Shown: in pieces, positions 25,235 through 39,400 of the stretch
Position numbering within the stretch: position 1 is the first letter of the stretch
Layout: every line of letters begins with the position of its first letter
From: Camelus dromedarius
Taxonomy: Eukaryota
NCBI RefSeq assembly: GCF_036321535.1
Contig: NC_087446.1
Span: forward strand, 64,668,001-64,732,000
Direction of reading: 5' to 3'
Length of the DNA stretch: 64,000 nt
Position numbers and translations under genes: made by a program
The notes under the pieces: model-generated
What the model was told of the DNA's origin: nothing
Seen by the model: the letters and a program-made list of their open reading frames with translations, nothing else
Databases searched by the model: none

Positions 25235-28200
25235 GTCTCTTCACATGCTCAGTTCTGAGAGATAAGTGTGTGTGAAAGCCGTACTTCACTTAGCTTGTTG
25301 GGAACACAAAGTTTATTTTAACTTGCAAACTCCACTCCATAAATATATATGGGTAGGTACTAGCTCCAACTCGGTTTTATAGTGAAATCGGCAGAAACTT
25401 CAAAACGGCACTAGGAAACATAATGAGAAATCAGAGTAATAGTTTCTCCTGCATCCCGTTCCCTTTGTGCTAGATGAACGAACGTCTCTCCACATGCTCA
25501 GTTCTGAGAGATAATTGTGTGTGAAAGCCGACCTTAACCTAGCTTGTTGGGAACACAAAGTTTCTTTTCAGTTGGAAACTCCACTCCATACATATATATG
25601 GGGAGGTACAAGCTCCAACTCTTTTGTACAGTGAAAACTGCAGGAACTTCAAACCGGCACTAGGTAACAGACTGTGAATCCAGAGTAAAAGTTTTCTCTG
25701 CTACCCGTTCCCTTTGTCCTAGATGAAAGAACATCTCTCCGAATGCTCATTTCTGAAAGATAAGTGTTTGTGAAAGCCGAACTTCACATAGCTTGTTGGG
25801 AATACAAAGTTTCATTTCAGTTGCTACCTCCACTCCTAAAATATATATGTGGAAGTACTAGCTCCAACTCAGTTTTACAGTGAAACCTGGAGGAACTTCA
25901 AACAGCACTAGGAAACAGACTTAGAAACCAGAGTTAAGTTTCTCCTGCAACCCGTTCCCTTTGTGCTAGATGAACGAACGTCTCTCCACATGCTCAGTTC
26001 TGAGATATATGTGTGTGTGAAAGCCGTCCTTCACCTAGCTTGTTGGGAACACATAGTTTCTTTTCAGTTGCAATCTCCACTCCATACATATATATGGGGA
26101 GGTAATAGCTCCAAATCTTTTTACAGTGAATACTGCAGGAACTTCAAACCGGCACTAGGAAACAGACTGAGAAACCAGAGTAAAAGTTTCTCCTGCAAAC
26201 CGTTCCCTTTGTGCTAGATGAACGAACGTCTCTCCACATGCTCAGTTCTGAGAAATAAGTGGGTGTGAAAGCCGTCCTTTACGTAGCTTGTTCAGAACAC
26301 AAAGTTTCTTTTCATTTGCAAACTCCACACCATACATATTTATGGGGAGGTACTATCTCCAACTCGGTTTTACAGGGAAAACTGCAGGAATTTCAAACTG
26401 GCACTAGGAAACAGACAGAGAAACCAGAGTAAATGTTTCTCCTGCAACCCGTTTCCTTTGTGCTAGATGAACGAACGTCTCTGAACATGCCCAGTTGTGA
26501 GAGATATGTGTGTGTGAAAGCCGTCCTTCAACTTTCTTGTTGGGAACACAGTTTCATTTCACTTGCAAACTCCACTTCATACATATATATGGGGAGGTAC
26601 AAGCTCCAACTCGGTTTTACAGTGAAAACTGCAGGAACTTCAAACCGGCACTAGGAAACAGACAGAGAAAATAGAGTAAAGTTTCCCCTGCAACCCTTTC
26701 CATTTGTGCTAGATGAATGAACGTCTCTCCACATGCTAACTTCTGAGAGATAAGTGTGTGTGAAAGCCGTCCTTCACCTAGCTTGTTGGGAACACAAAGT
26801 TTCTTTTCACTTGCAAACTCAACTCCATACATATGTATGGGGAGTTAATAGCTTGAACTCGTTGTTACAGTGAAAACTGCAGGAAATTCAAACCGGCACT
26901 TGGAAACAGACTGAGAAACCAGAGTAAATGTTCCCCTGCAAACTTTTCACTTTGTGCTAGATGAACGAACGTCTCTGCACATGCCCAGTTGTGAGAGATA
27001 TGTGTGTTTGAAAGCCGTCCTTCAACTTTCTTGTTGGGAACACAGTTTCATTTCACTTGCAAACTCCACTCCATACATATATATGGGGAGGTAAAAGCTC
27101 CAACTCGGTTTTACAGTGAAAACTGCAGGAACTTCAAACCGGCACAAGGAAACAGACTGAGAAACCAGAGTAACAGTTTCTCCTGCAACACGTTCACTTT
27201 GTGCTAGATGAACGAAAGTCTCTTCACATGCTCAGTTCTGAGAGATAAGTGTGTGTGAAAGCCGTACTTCACTTAGCTTGTTGGGAACACAAAGTTTATT
27301 TTAACTTGCAAACTCCACTCCATAAATATATATGGGTAGGTACTAGCTCCAACTCGGTTTTACAGTGAAATCGGCAGAAACTTCAAAACGGCACTAGGAA
27401 ACATAATGAGAAATCAGAGTAATAGTTTCTCCTGCATCCCGTTCCCTTTGTGCTAGATGAACGAACGTCTCTCCACATGCTCAGTTCTGAGAGATAATTG
27501 TGTGTGAAAGCCGACCTTAACCTAGCTTGTTGGGAACACAAAGTTTCTTTTCAGTTGGAAACTCCACTCCATACATATATATGGGGAGGTACAAGCTCCA
27601 ACTCTTTTGTACAGTGAAAACTGCAGGAACTTCAAACCGGCACTAGGTAACAGACTGTGAATCCAGAGTAAAAGTTTTCTCTGCTACCCGTTCCCTTTGT
27701 CCTAGATGAAAGAACATCTCTCCGAATGCTCATTTCTGAAAGATAAGTGTTTGTGAAAGCCGAACTTCACATAGCTTGTTGGGAATACAAAGTTTCATTT
27801 CAGTTGCTACCTCCACTCCTAAAATATATATGTGGAAGTACTAGCTCCAACTCAGTTTTACAGTGAAACCTGGAGGAACTTCAAACAGCACTAGGAAACA
27901 GTTTTAGAAACCAGAGTTAAGTTTCTCCTGCAACCCGTTCCCTTTGTGCTAGATGAACGAACGTCTCTCCACATGCTCAGTTCTGAGATATATGTGTGTG
28001 TGAAAGCCGTCCTTCACCTAGCTTGTTGGGAACACATAGTTTCTTTTCAGTTGCAATCTCCACTCCATACATATATATGGGGAGGTAATAGCTCCAAATC
28101 TTTTTACAGTGAATACTGCAGGAACTTCAAACCGGCACTAGGAAACAGACTGAGAAACCAGAGTAAAAGTTTCTCCTGCAAACCGTTCCCTTTGTGCTAG

Positions 28201-29200
28201 ATGAACGAACGTCTCTCCACATGCTCAGTTCTGAGAAATAAGTGGGTGTGAAAGCCGTCCTTTACGTAGCTTGTTCAGAACACAAAGTTTCTTTTCATTT
28301 GCAAACTCCACACCATACATATTTATGGGGAGGTACTATCTCCAACTCGGTTTTACAGGGAAAACTGCAGGAATTTCAAACTGGCACTAGGAAACAGACA
28401 GAGAAACCAGAGTAAATGTTTCTCCTGCAACCCGTTTCCTTTGTGCTAGATGAACGAACGTCTCTGAACATGCCCAGTTGTGAGAGATATGTGTGTGTGA
28501 AAGCCGTCCTTCAACTTTCTTGTTGGGAACACAGTTTCATTTCACTTGCAAACTCCACTTCATACATATATATGGGGAGGTACAAGCTCCAACTCGGTTT
28601 TACAGTGAAAACTGCAGGAACTTCAAACCGGCACTAGGAAACAGACAGAGAAAATAGAGTAAAGTTTCCCCTGCAACCCTTTCCATTTGTGCTAGATGAA
28701 TGAACGTCTCTCCACATGCTAACTTCTGAGAGATAAGTGTGTGTGAAAGCCGTCCTTCACCTAGCTTGTTGGGAACACAAAGTTTCTTTTCACTTGCAAA
28801 CTCAACTCCATACATATGTATGGGGAGTTAATAGCTTGAACTCGTTGTTACAGTGAAAACTGCAGGAAATTCAAACCGGCACTTGGAAACAGACTGAGAA
28901 ACCAGAGTAAATGTTCCCCTGCAAACTTTTCACTTTGTGCTAGATGAACGAACGTCTCTGCACATGCGCAGTTGTGAGAGATATGTGTGTTTGAAAGCCG
29001 TCCTTCAACTTTCTTGTTGGGAACACAGTTTCATTTCACTTGCAAACTCCACTCCATACATATATATGGGGAGGTAAAAGCTCCAACTCGGTTTTACAGT
29101 GAAAACTGCAGGAACTTCAAACCGGCACAAGGAAACAGACTGAGAAACCAGAGTAACAGTTTCTCCTGCAACACGTTCACTTTGTGCTAGATGAACGAAA
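25235..29200. repeat. Near-identical tandem duplication of an 8-monomer unit (1983 bp x2)
   Basis: Four pairs of identical ORF translations are offset by 1983 (25963/27946, 26433/28416, 26617/28600, 27004/28987). The junction is a chimeric monomer at 27217-27224. Confidence 0.93.
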
Positions 29201-32200
29201 GTCTCTCCACATGCTCAGTTCTGAGAGATAAGTGTGTGTGAAAGCCGTCATTCTCCTAGCTTTTTGGGAACACAAAGTTTCTTTCAGTTGCAATCTCCCC
29301 TCCATACATATATAAGGGTGGGTTCTAGCTCCAACTCGGTTTTAATGTGAAAACTGCAGGAACTTCAAACCGGCACTAGGAAACAGACAGAGAAAATAGA
29401 GTAAAATTTTCCCCTGCAACCCTTTCCATTTGTGCTAGATGAATGAACGTCTCTCCACATGCTCAATTCTGAGAGATAAGTGTGTGTGAAAGCCGTCCTT
29501 CAACTAGCTTGTTGGGAACACAAAGTTTCTTTTCACTTGCAAACTCCACTCCATACATATATATGGGGAGGTACTAGCTTCAACTCGTTGTTACAGTGAA
29601 AACTGCAGGAAATTCAAACCGGCACTTGGAAACAGACTGAGAAACCAGAGTAAAAGTTCCCCTGCAAACCTTTCACTTTGTGCTAGATGAGCGAACGTCT
29701 CTCCACATGCTCAGTTCTGAGAGATAATTGTGTGTGAAAGCCGTCCTTCAACTAGCTTGTTGGGAACGCAAAGTTTCTTTTCACATGCAAACTCCACTCC
29801 ATAAATACATATGGGAAGATACTAGCTCCAACTCGGTTTTACAGTGAATACTGCAGGAACTTCAAACAGGCACTAGGAAACACACTGAGAATCCAGAGTA
29901 ATACTTTCTCCTGCAACCCGTTCCCTTTGTGCTAGATGAATGAACGTCTCTCCACATGCTCAATTCTGAGAGATAAGTGTGTGTGAAAGCCGTCCTTTTC
30001 CTAGCTTGTTTAGAACACAAAGTTTCTTTTCATTTGCAAACACCACACCATATATATTTATGGGGAGGTACTAGCTCCAACTCGGTTTTACAGGGAAAAC
30101 TGCAGGAATTTCAAACCGGCACTAGGAAACAGACTGTGAAACCAGAGTAAAAGTTTCTCCTGCAACCCTTTCCCTTTGTGCTAGATGAAAGAACGTCTCT
30201 CCACATGCTCAGATGTGAGAGATATGTGTGTGTGAAAGCGGTCCTTCAACTATCTTGTTGGGAACACAGTTTCTTTTCACTTGCAAACTCCACTCCATAC
30301 ATATATATGGGGAGGTACAAGCTCCAACTCGGTTTTACAGTGAAAACTGCAGGTACTTCAAACCGGCACTAGGAAACAGACTGAGAAACCAGAGTAACAG
30401 TTTCTCCTGCAACCCGTTCCCTTTGTGCTAGATGAACGAACGTCTCTCCACATGCTCAGTTCTGAGAGATAAGTGTGTGTGAAAGCCGTCATTCTCCTAG
30501 CTTTTTGGGAACACAAAGTTTCTTTTCACTTGCAAACTCCCCTCCATACATATATAAGGGTGGGTACTAGCTCCAACTCGGTTTTAATGTGAAAACTGCA
30601 GGAACTTCAAAACGGCACTAGGAAACAGACAGAGAAAATAGAGTAAAAGTTCCCCTGCAACCCTTTCCCATTGTGCTAGATGAACGAATGTCTCTCCACA
30701 TGCTAAGTTCTGAGAGAAAAGTGTGTGTGAAAGCCGTCTTCAACTAGCTTGTTGGGAACACAAAGATTCATTTCATTTACAAACTCCACTCCATACATAT
30801 ATATGGGGAGTTACTAGCTTCAACTCGTTGTTACAGTGAAAACTGCAGGAACTTCAAACCGGCACTTGGAAACAGACTGAGAAACCAGAGTAAAAGTTCC
30901 CCTGCAAACTTTTCCCTTTGTGCTAGATGAGCGAACGTCTCTCCAGATGCTCAGTTCTGATACATCAGTGTGTGTGAAAGCCGTCCTTCACCTAGCTTGT
31001 TGGGAAAACAAAGTTTCTTTTCACTTGCAAACTCCACTCCATAATTATATATGGGGAGGTACTAGCTCCAACACGGTTTTACTGTGAAATCTGCAGGAAC
31101 TTCAAACAGGCACTAGGAAACACACTGAGAATCCAGAGTAATAGTTTCACGTGCATCCTGTTCCCTTTGTGCTAGATGAATGAACGTCTCTCAACATGCT
31201 CAGTTCTGAGAGATAAGTGTGTGTGAAAGCCATCCTTCATCAAGCTTGTTGGGAACACAAAGTTTCTTTTCAGTTGCAAAATCCACTACATAAATACATA
31301 TGGGAATATACTAGCTCCAACTCGGTTTTACAGTGAAAACTGCAGGAACTTCAAACCGGCACTAGGTAACAGACTGAGAAACCAGAGTAAAAGTTTCTCT
31401 TGCAAACCGTTCCTTTGTGCTAGATGAAAGAACGTCTCTCCAAATGCTCAGTTGTGAGAAATAAGTGGGTTTGAAAGCCGTCCTTTACGTAGCTTGTTCA
31501 GAACACAAAGTTTCTCTTCATTTGCAACCTCCAATCCATAAATATATATGGGGAGGTACTAGCTCCAACTCGGTTTTACAGGGAAAACTGCAGGAACTTC
31601 AATCCGGCACTAGGAAACAGACTGAGATAGCAGAGTAAAAGTTTTTTCTGCAACATATTCCCATTGTGCTAGATGAACGAACGTGTCTCCAAATGCTCAG
31701 TTCTGAGAGATATGTGTGTGTGAAAGCCGAACTTCACCTAGCTTTTTGGGAACACAAAGTTTCTTTTCAGTTGCAACCTCCAATCCATACATATATATGG
31801 GGAGGTACTAGCTCCAACTCGGTTTTACAGTGCAAACTGCAGGAACTTCAAACCGGCACTAAGAAACAGACTGAGAAACCAGAGTAAAAGTTTCTCCTGC
31901 GAACCGTTCCTTTGTGCTAGATGAACGAAAGTCTCTCCACATGCTCAGTTCTGAGAGATAAGTGTGTGTGAAAGCAGCCCTTCACGTAGCTTGTTGGGAA
32001 AAGAAAGTTTCTTTTCAGTTGCAAACTCCACTCCATACATATTTATGGGGAGGTACAAGCTCCAACTCGGTGTTACAGTGAAAACTGCAGGAAATTCAAA
32101 CTGGCACTAGGAAACAGACTGAGAACCAGAGAAACAGTTTCTCCTGCAACCCGTTCCCTTTGTGCTAGATGAACGAACGTGTCTCCACATGCTCAGTTCT

Positions 32201-35200
32201 GAGACATAATTGTGTGTGAAAGCCGTCATTCTCCTAGCTTTTTGGGAACACACAGATTCTTTTCAGTTGCAAACACCAATCCATACAAATATATGGGTGG
32301 GTTCTAGCGCCAACACGGTTTTAATGTGAAAACTGCTGGAACTTCAAACCGGCACTAGGAAACAGACTGAGAAAATAGAGAAAAAGTTTCACCTGCAACA
32401 CTTTCCCTTTGTGCTAGATGAACGAACGTCTCTCCACATGCTAAGTTCTGAGAGATAATTGTGTGTGATAGCCGTCCTTCACCTAGCTTGTTGGGAACAC
32501 AAAGTTTCTTTTCACTTGCAAACTCCACTCCATACATATATATGGGGAGTTACTAGCTTCAACTCGTTGTTACAGTGAAAACTGCAGGGAATTCAAACCG
32601 GCACTTGGAAACAGACTGAGAAACCAGAGTAAAAGTTCCCCTGCAAACTTTTCACTTTGTGCTAGATGAGCGAACGTCTCTCCACATGCTCAGTTCTGAG
32701 AGATAATTGTGTGTGAAAGCCGTCCTTCACCTAGCTTGTTGGGAACGCAAAGTTTCTTTTCACATGCAAACTCCACTCCATAAATACATATGGGAAGATA
32801 CTAGCTCCAACTCGGTTTTACAGTGAAAACTGCAGGAACTTCAAACCGGCACTAGGAAACAGACTGAGAAACCAGAGTAAAAGTTTCTCCTGAACCCGTT
32901 CCTTTGTGCTAGATGAACGAACTTCTCTCCACATGCTCAGTTCTGATAGATCAGTGTGTGTGAAAGTCGTCCTTCACCTAGCTTGTTGGGAAAACAAAGT
33001 TTCTTTTCACTTGCAAACTCCACTCCACAAATATATATGGGGAGGTACTAGCTCCAACACGGTTTTACAGTGAAATCTGCAGGAACTTCAAACAGGCACT
33101 AGGAAACACACTGAGAATCCAGAGTAATAGTTTCTCGTGCATCCCGTTCCCTTTATGCTAGATGAAAGAATGTCTCTCCACATGCTCAGTTCTTAGAGAT
33201 AAGTGTGTGTGAAAGCCATCCTTCATCAAGCTTGTTGGGAACACAAAGTTTCTTTTCAGTTGCAAACTCCACTCCATACATATATATGGGGAGGTACTAG
33301 CTCCATCTCTGTTTTACAGTGAAAACTGCAGGAACTTCAAACCGGCACTAGGAAACAGACTGAGAAACCAGAGTAAAAGTTTCTCCTGTGACCCGTTCCC
33401 TTTGTGCTAGTTGAACGAACGTCTCTCCACATGCTCAGTTCTGAGAAATAAGTGTGTGTGAAAGACGTGCTTCACCTAGCTTGTTGGGAACACAAAGTTT
33501 CTTTTCAGTTGGAAAATCCGCTCCATACATATATATGGGGAGGTACTAGCTCCAACTCGGCTGTACAGTGAAAACTGCAGGAACTTCAATCCGGCACTAG
33601 GAAACAGACTGAGATACCAGAGTAAAAGTTTTTTCTGCAACATATTCCCTTTGTGCTAGATGAACGAACGTCTCTCCAAATGCTCAGTTCTGAGAGATAT
33701 GTGTGTGTGAAAGCCGAACTTCACCTAGCTTTTTGGGAACATAAAGTTTCTTTTCAGTTGCAACCTCCAATCCATAAATATATATGGGGAGGTACTAGCT
33801 CCAACTCAGTTTTACAGTGAAAAATGCAGGAACTTCAAACCGGCACTAGGAAACAGACTGAGAACCAGAGAAACAGTTTCTCCTGCAACCCGTTCCCTTT
33901 GTGCTAGATGAACGAACGTCTCTCCACATGCTCAGTTCTGAGAGATAATTGTGTGTGAAAGCCGTCATTCTCCTAGCTTTTTGGGAACACAAAGTTTCTT
34001 TTCAGTTGCAAACTCCAATCCATACATATATATGGGTGGGTTCTAGCTCCAACACGGTTTTAATGTGAAAACTGCAGGAACTTCAAACCGGCACTAGGAA
34101 ACAATCTGAGAAAATAGAGTAAAAGTTTCCCCTGCAACACTTTCCCTTTGTGCTAGATGAACGAACGTCTCTCCACATGCTCAGTTCTGAGAGATAAGTG
34201 TGTGTGAAAGCCGTCCTTTACCTAGCTTGTTGGGAAAACAAAGATTCTTTTCACTTGCAAACTCCACTCCATAAATATATATGGGGAGGTACTAGCTCCA
34301 ACACGGTTTTACAGTGAAATCTGCAGGAAGTTCAAACAGGCACTAGGAAACACACAGAAAATCCGGAGTAATTGTTTCTCCTGCTACCCGTTCTCTTTGT
34401 GCTAGATGAATGAACTTCTCTCCACATGCTCAGTTCTGAGAGATAAGTGTGTGTGAAAGCCGTCCTTTACCTAGCTTGTTTAGAACACAAAGTTTCTTTT
34501 CATTTGCAAACTCCACACCATACATATTTATGGGGAGGTACTAGCTCCAACTCGGTTTTACAGGGAAAACTGCAGGAATTTCAAACCGGCACTAGGAAAC
34601 AGACTGAGAAACCAGAGTAAAAGTTTCTCCTGCAACCCTTTCCCTTTGTGCTAGATGAACGAACGTCTCTCCACATGCTCAGATGTGAGAGATATGTGTG
34701 TGTGAAAGCCGTCCTTCAACTATCTTGTTGGGAACATAGTTTCTTTTCACTTGCAAACTCCACTCCATACATATATATGGGGAGGTACAAGCTCCAACTC
34801 GGTTTTACAGTGAAAACTTCAGGAAATTCAAACCGGTACTAGGAAACAGACTGAGAAACCAGAGTAACAGTTTCTCCTGCAACCCGTTCCCTTTGTGCTA
34901 GATGAACGAACGTCTCTCCACATGCTCAGTTCTGAGAGATAAGTGTGTGTGAAAGCCGTCATTCTCCTAGCTTTTTGGGAACACAAAGATTCTTTTCAGT
35001 TGCAAAGTCCCCTCCATATATATATATGGGTGGGTACTAGCACCAACTCCGTTTTAATGTGAATACTGCAGGAACTTCAAACCGGCACTAGGAAACAGAC
35101 AGAGAAAATAGAGTAAAAGTTCCCCTGCAACCCTTTCCCTTTGTGCTAGATGAACGAACGTCTCTTCACTTGCTAAGTTCTGAGAGATAAGTGTGTGTGA

Positions 35201-36454
35201 AAGCTGTCTTCAACTAGCTTGTTACAAAAACAAAGATTCTTTTCATTTGCAAACTCCACTCCATACATATATATGGGGAGTTACTAGCTTCAACTCGTTG
35301 TTACATGAAAACTGCAGGAACTTCAAACCGGCACTTGGAAACAGACTGAGATACCAGAGTAAAAGTTCCCCTGCAAACCTTTCCTTTGTGCTAGATGAGC
35401 GAACGTCTCTCCTCATGCTCAGTTCTGATAGATCAGTGTGTGTGAAAGCCGTCCTTCACCTAGCTTGTTGGGAAAACAAAGTTTCTTTTCACTTTCAAAC
35501 TCCACTGCAAAATTATATATGGGGAGGTACTAGCTCCAAAACGGTTTTACAGTGAAAACTGCAGGAACTTCAATCCGGCACTAGGAAACAGACTGAGATA
35601 CCAGAGTAAAAGTTTTTTCTGCAACATATTCCCTTTGTGCTAGATGAACGAACGTCTCTCCAAATGCTCAGTTCTGAGAGATATGTGTGTGTGAAAGCCG
35701 AACTTCACCTAGCTTTTTGGGAACATAAAGTTTCTTTTCAGTTGCAACCTCCAATCCATAAATATATATGGGGAGGTACTAGCTCCAACTCAGTTTTACA
35801 GTGAAAAATGCAGGAACTTCAAACCGGCACTAGGAAACAGACTGAGAACCAGAGAAACAGTTTCTCCTGCAACCCGTTCCCTTTGTGCTAGATGAACGAA
35901 CGTCTCTCCACATGCTCAGTTCTGAGAGATAATTGTGTGTGAAAGCCGTCATTCTCCTAGCTTTTTGGGAACACAAAGTTTCTTTTCAGTTGCCAACACC
36001 AATCCATACATATATATGGGTGGGTTCTAGCTCCAACACGGTTTTAATGTGAAAACTGCAGGAACTTCAAACCGGCACTAGGAAACAAACTGAGAAAATA
36101 GAGTAAAATTTTCCCCTGCAACACTTTCCCTTTGTGCTAGATGAACGAACGTCTCTCCACATGCTAAGTTCTGTGAGATAAGTGTGTGTGAAAGCCGTCC
36201 TTCACCTAGCTTGTTGGGAACACAAAGTTTCTTTTCACTTGCAAACTCCACTCCTTACATATATATGGGGAGGTACTAGCTCCAACTCGGTTTTACAGTG
36301 AAAACTGCAGGAACTTCAAACCGGCACTAGGAAACAGACTGAGAAACCAGAGTAAAAGTTTCTCCTGCAACCCGTTCCTTTGTGCTAGATGAATGAACGT
36401 CTCTCCGCATGCTCAGTTCTGAGAGATAAGTGTGTGTGAAAGCCATCCTTTACC

Positions 36455-39400
36455 TAGCTTGTTTAGAACACAAAGTTTCTTTTCATTTGCAAACTCCACA
36501 CCATACATATTTATGGGGAGGTACTAGCTCCAACTCGGTTTTACAGGGAAAACTGCAGGAATTTCAAACCGGCACTAGGAAACAGACTGAGAAACCAGAG
36601 TAACAGTTTCTCCTGCAACCCGTTCCCTTTGTGCTAGATGAACGAACGTCTCTCCACATGCTCAGTTCTGAGAGATAAGTGTGTGTGAAAGCCGTCATTC
36701 GCCTAGCTTTTTGGGAACACAAAGTTTCTTTTCAGTTGCAAAGTCCCCTCCATACATATATATGGGTGGGTACTAGCACCAACTCCGTTTTAATGTGAAT
36801 ACTGCAGGAACTTCAAACCGGCACTAGGAAACAGACAGAGAAAATAGAGTAAAAGTTCCCCTGCAACCCTTTCCATTTGTGCTAGATGAACGAACGTCTC
36901 TCCACTTGCTAAGATCTGAGAGATAAGTGTGTGTGAAAGCCGTCTTCAACTAGCTTGTTAGGAACACAAAGATTCTTTTCATTTGCAAACTCCACTCCAT
37001 ACATATATATGGGGAGTTAATAGCTTCAACTCGTTGTTACATGAAAACTGCAGGAATTTCAAACCGGCACTAGGAAACAGACTGAGAACCCAGAGTAATA
37101 GTTTCTCGTGCATCCCTTTCCCTTTGTGCTAGATGAATGAAAGTCTCTCCACATGCTCAGTTCTGAGAGATAAGTGTGCGTGAAAGCCGTCCTTCACCAA
37201 GCTTGTTGATAACACAAAGTTTCTTTTCAGTTGCAAACTCCAATCCATACATATATATGGGGAGGTACTAGCTCCATCTCTGTTTTACAGTGAAAACTGC
37301 AGGAAATTCAAACCGGCACTAGGAAACAGACTGAGAAACCAGAGTAAAAGTTTCTCCTGCGACCCGTTCCCTTTGTGCTAGTTGAACGAAGGTCTCTCCA
37401 CATGCTCAGTTCTGAGAAAAAAGTGTGTGTGTGAAAGACGTCCTTCACCAATCTTGTTGGGAACACAAAGTTTCTTTTCAGTTGGAAACTCCACAACATA
37501 CATATATATGGGGAGGTACTAGCTCCAACTCGGTTTTACAGTGAAAAATGCAGGAACTTCATACCGGCACTAAGAAACAGACTGAGAAACCAGAGCAAAA
37601 GTTTCTCCTGCAACCCGTTCCCTTTGTGCTAGATGAACGAACGTCTCTCCACATGCTCAGTTCTGAGAGATAAATGTAGGTGAACGCCGTCCTTCACCTA
37701 GCTTATTGGGAACACAAAGTTTCTTTTCACTTGCAAACTCAAATCCGTATATATATAAGGGGAGGTACAAGCTCCAACTCGGTTTTACAGTGAAAATTGC
37801 AGGAACTTCATACCGGCACTAGGAAACAAATTGAGAATCCAGAGTAAAAGTTTCTCCTGCAACCCGTTCCCTTTGTGCTAGATGAAAGAACGTCTCTCCT
37901 CATGCTGAATTCTGAGAGATAAGTGTGTGTGAAAGCCGTCCTTAAACTAGCTTGTTGGGAACACAAAGTTTCTATTCACTTGCAAACTCCCATCCATACA
38001 TATATATGGGGAGATACTAGCTCCAACACGGTTTTACAGTGAAAACGGCAGGAAATTAAATCCGGCACTAGGAAACAGGCTGAGAAACCAGAGAAAAAGT
38101 TTCCCCTGCAACCCGTTCCATTTGTGCTAGATGAACGAACGTCTCTCCACATGCTCAGTTCTGAGAGAGAAGTGTGTGTGAAAGCCGTCCTTCACCTAGC
38201 TTGTTGGGAACACATAGTTTCTTTTCACTTGCAAACTCCACTCCATACATATATATGGGGAGGTAAGAGCTCCAACTCGGTTTTACAGTGAAAACTGCAG
38301 GATCTTCAAACCTGCACTAGGAACAGACTGAGAAACCAGAGTAAATGTTACTCCTGCAACCCGTTCCCTTTGTGCAACATGAACGAACGTCTCTCCACAT
38401 GCTCAGTTCTGAGAGATAATTGTGTGTGAAAGCCGTCCTTCACCTAGCTTGTTGGGAACACAAAGTTTCTTTTCACTTGCAAACTCCAATCCATATATAT
38501 ATAAGGGTAGGTACAAGTTCCAACTCGGTTTTATAGTGAAAATTGCAGGAACATCAAACCGGCACTAGGAAACAGACTGAGAATCCAGAGTAAAATTTCT
38601 CCTGCAACCTGTTCCCTTTGTGCTAGATGAACGAACGTCTCTCCTCTTGCTCAATTCTGAGAGATAAGTGTGTGTGAAAGCCGTCCTTCACCTAGCTTGT
38701 TGGGAACACAAAGTTTCTATTCACTTGCAAACTCCAATCCATACATATATATGGGGAGGTACAAGCTCCAACACGGTTTTACATTGAAAACTGCAGGAAA
38801 TTAAATCCGGCACTAGGAAACAGACTGAGAAACCAGAGTAAAAGTTTCTCCTGCAAACCGTTCCCTTTGTGCTAGATGAACGAACGTCTCTCCACATGCT
38901 CAGTTCTGAGATATAAGTGTGTGTGAAAGCCGTCCTTCACCTAGCTTGTTGGGAACACAAAGTTTCTTTTCAGTTGCAAATTCCACTCCATAAATATATA
39001 TGGTGTTGTACTAGCTCCAACTCTGTTTTACAGTGAAAACTGCAGGAACTTCAAAACTGCACTAGGAAACAGACTGAGAATCCAGAGTAAAAGTTTCTCC
39101 TGTATCCCGTTACATTTGTGCTAGATGAACGAACGTCTCTCCACATGCTCAGTTGAGAGATAATTGTGTGTGAAAGCCGTCCTTCACCTAGCTTGTTGGG
39201 AACACAAATTTTCTTTTCACTTGCAAACTCCACCCCACACATATATATGGGGAGGTAGTAGCTCCAAATCTGTTTTACAGGGAAAACTGTAGGAACTTCA
39301 AACCGGCACTAGGAAAAAGACTGAGAAACCAGAGTAAAAGTTTCTCCTGCAACCCGTTCCCTTTGTGCTAGATGAACGAACGTCTCTCCACATGATCAGT

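Larger units (their letters stand above)
20100..31260. repeat. Two imperfect tandem copies of a multi-monomer unit (~20100-24810 and ~24810-31260) with internal gains and losses
   Basis: ORF offsets: 20151->24863 (4712, 19), 21747->25963 (4216, 17), 22294->27004 (4710, 19), 23732->30178 (6446, 26). TCTCCCCTCC at 22601->29294 (6693, 27). Confidence 0.85.

Noticed and set aside
35193..35555. Longest ORF (120 aa)
   Set aside because: It is read-through across about 1.5 monomers, caused by small deletions that shift frame past the stop codons.
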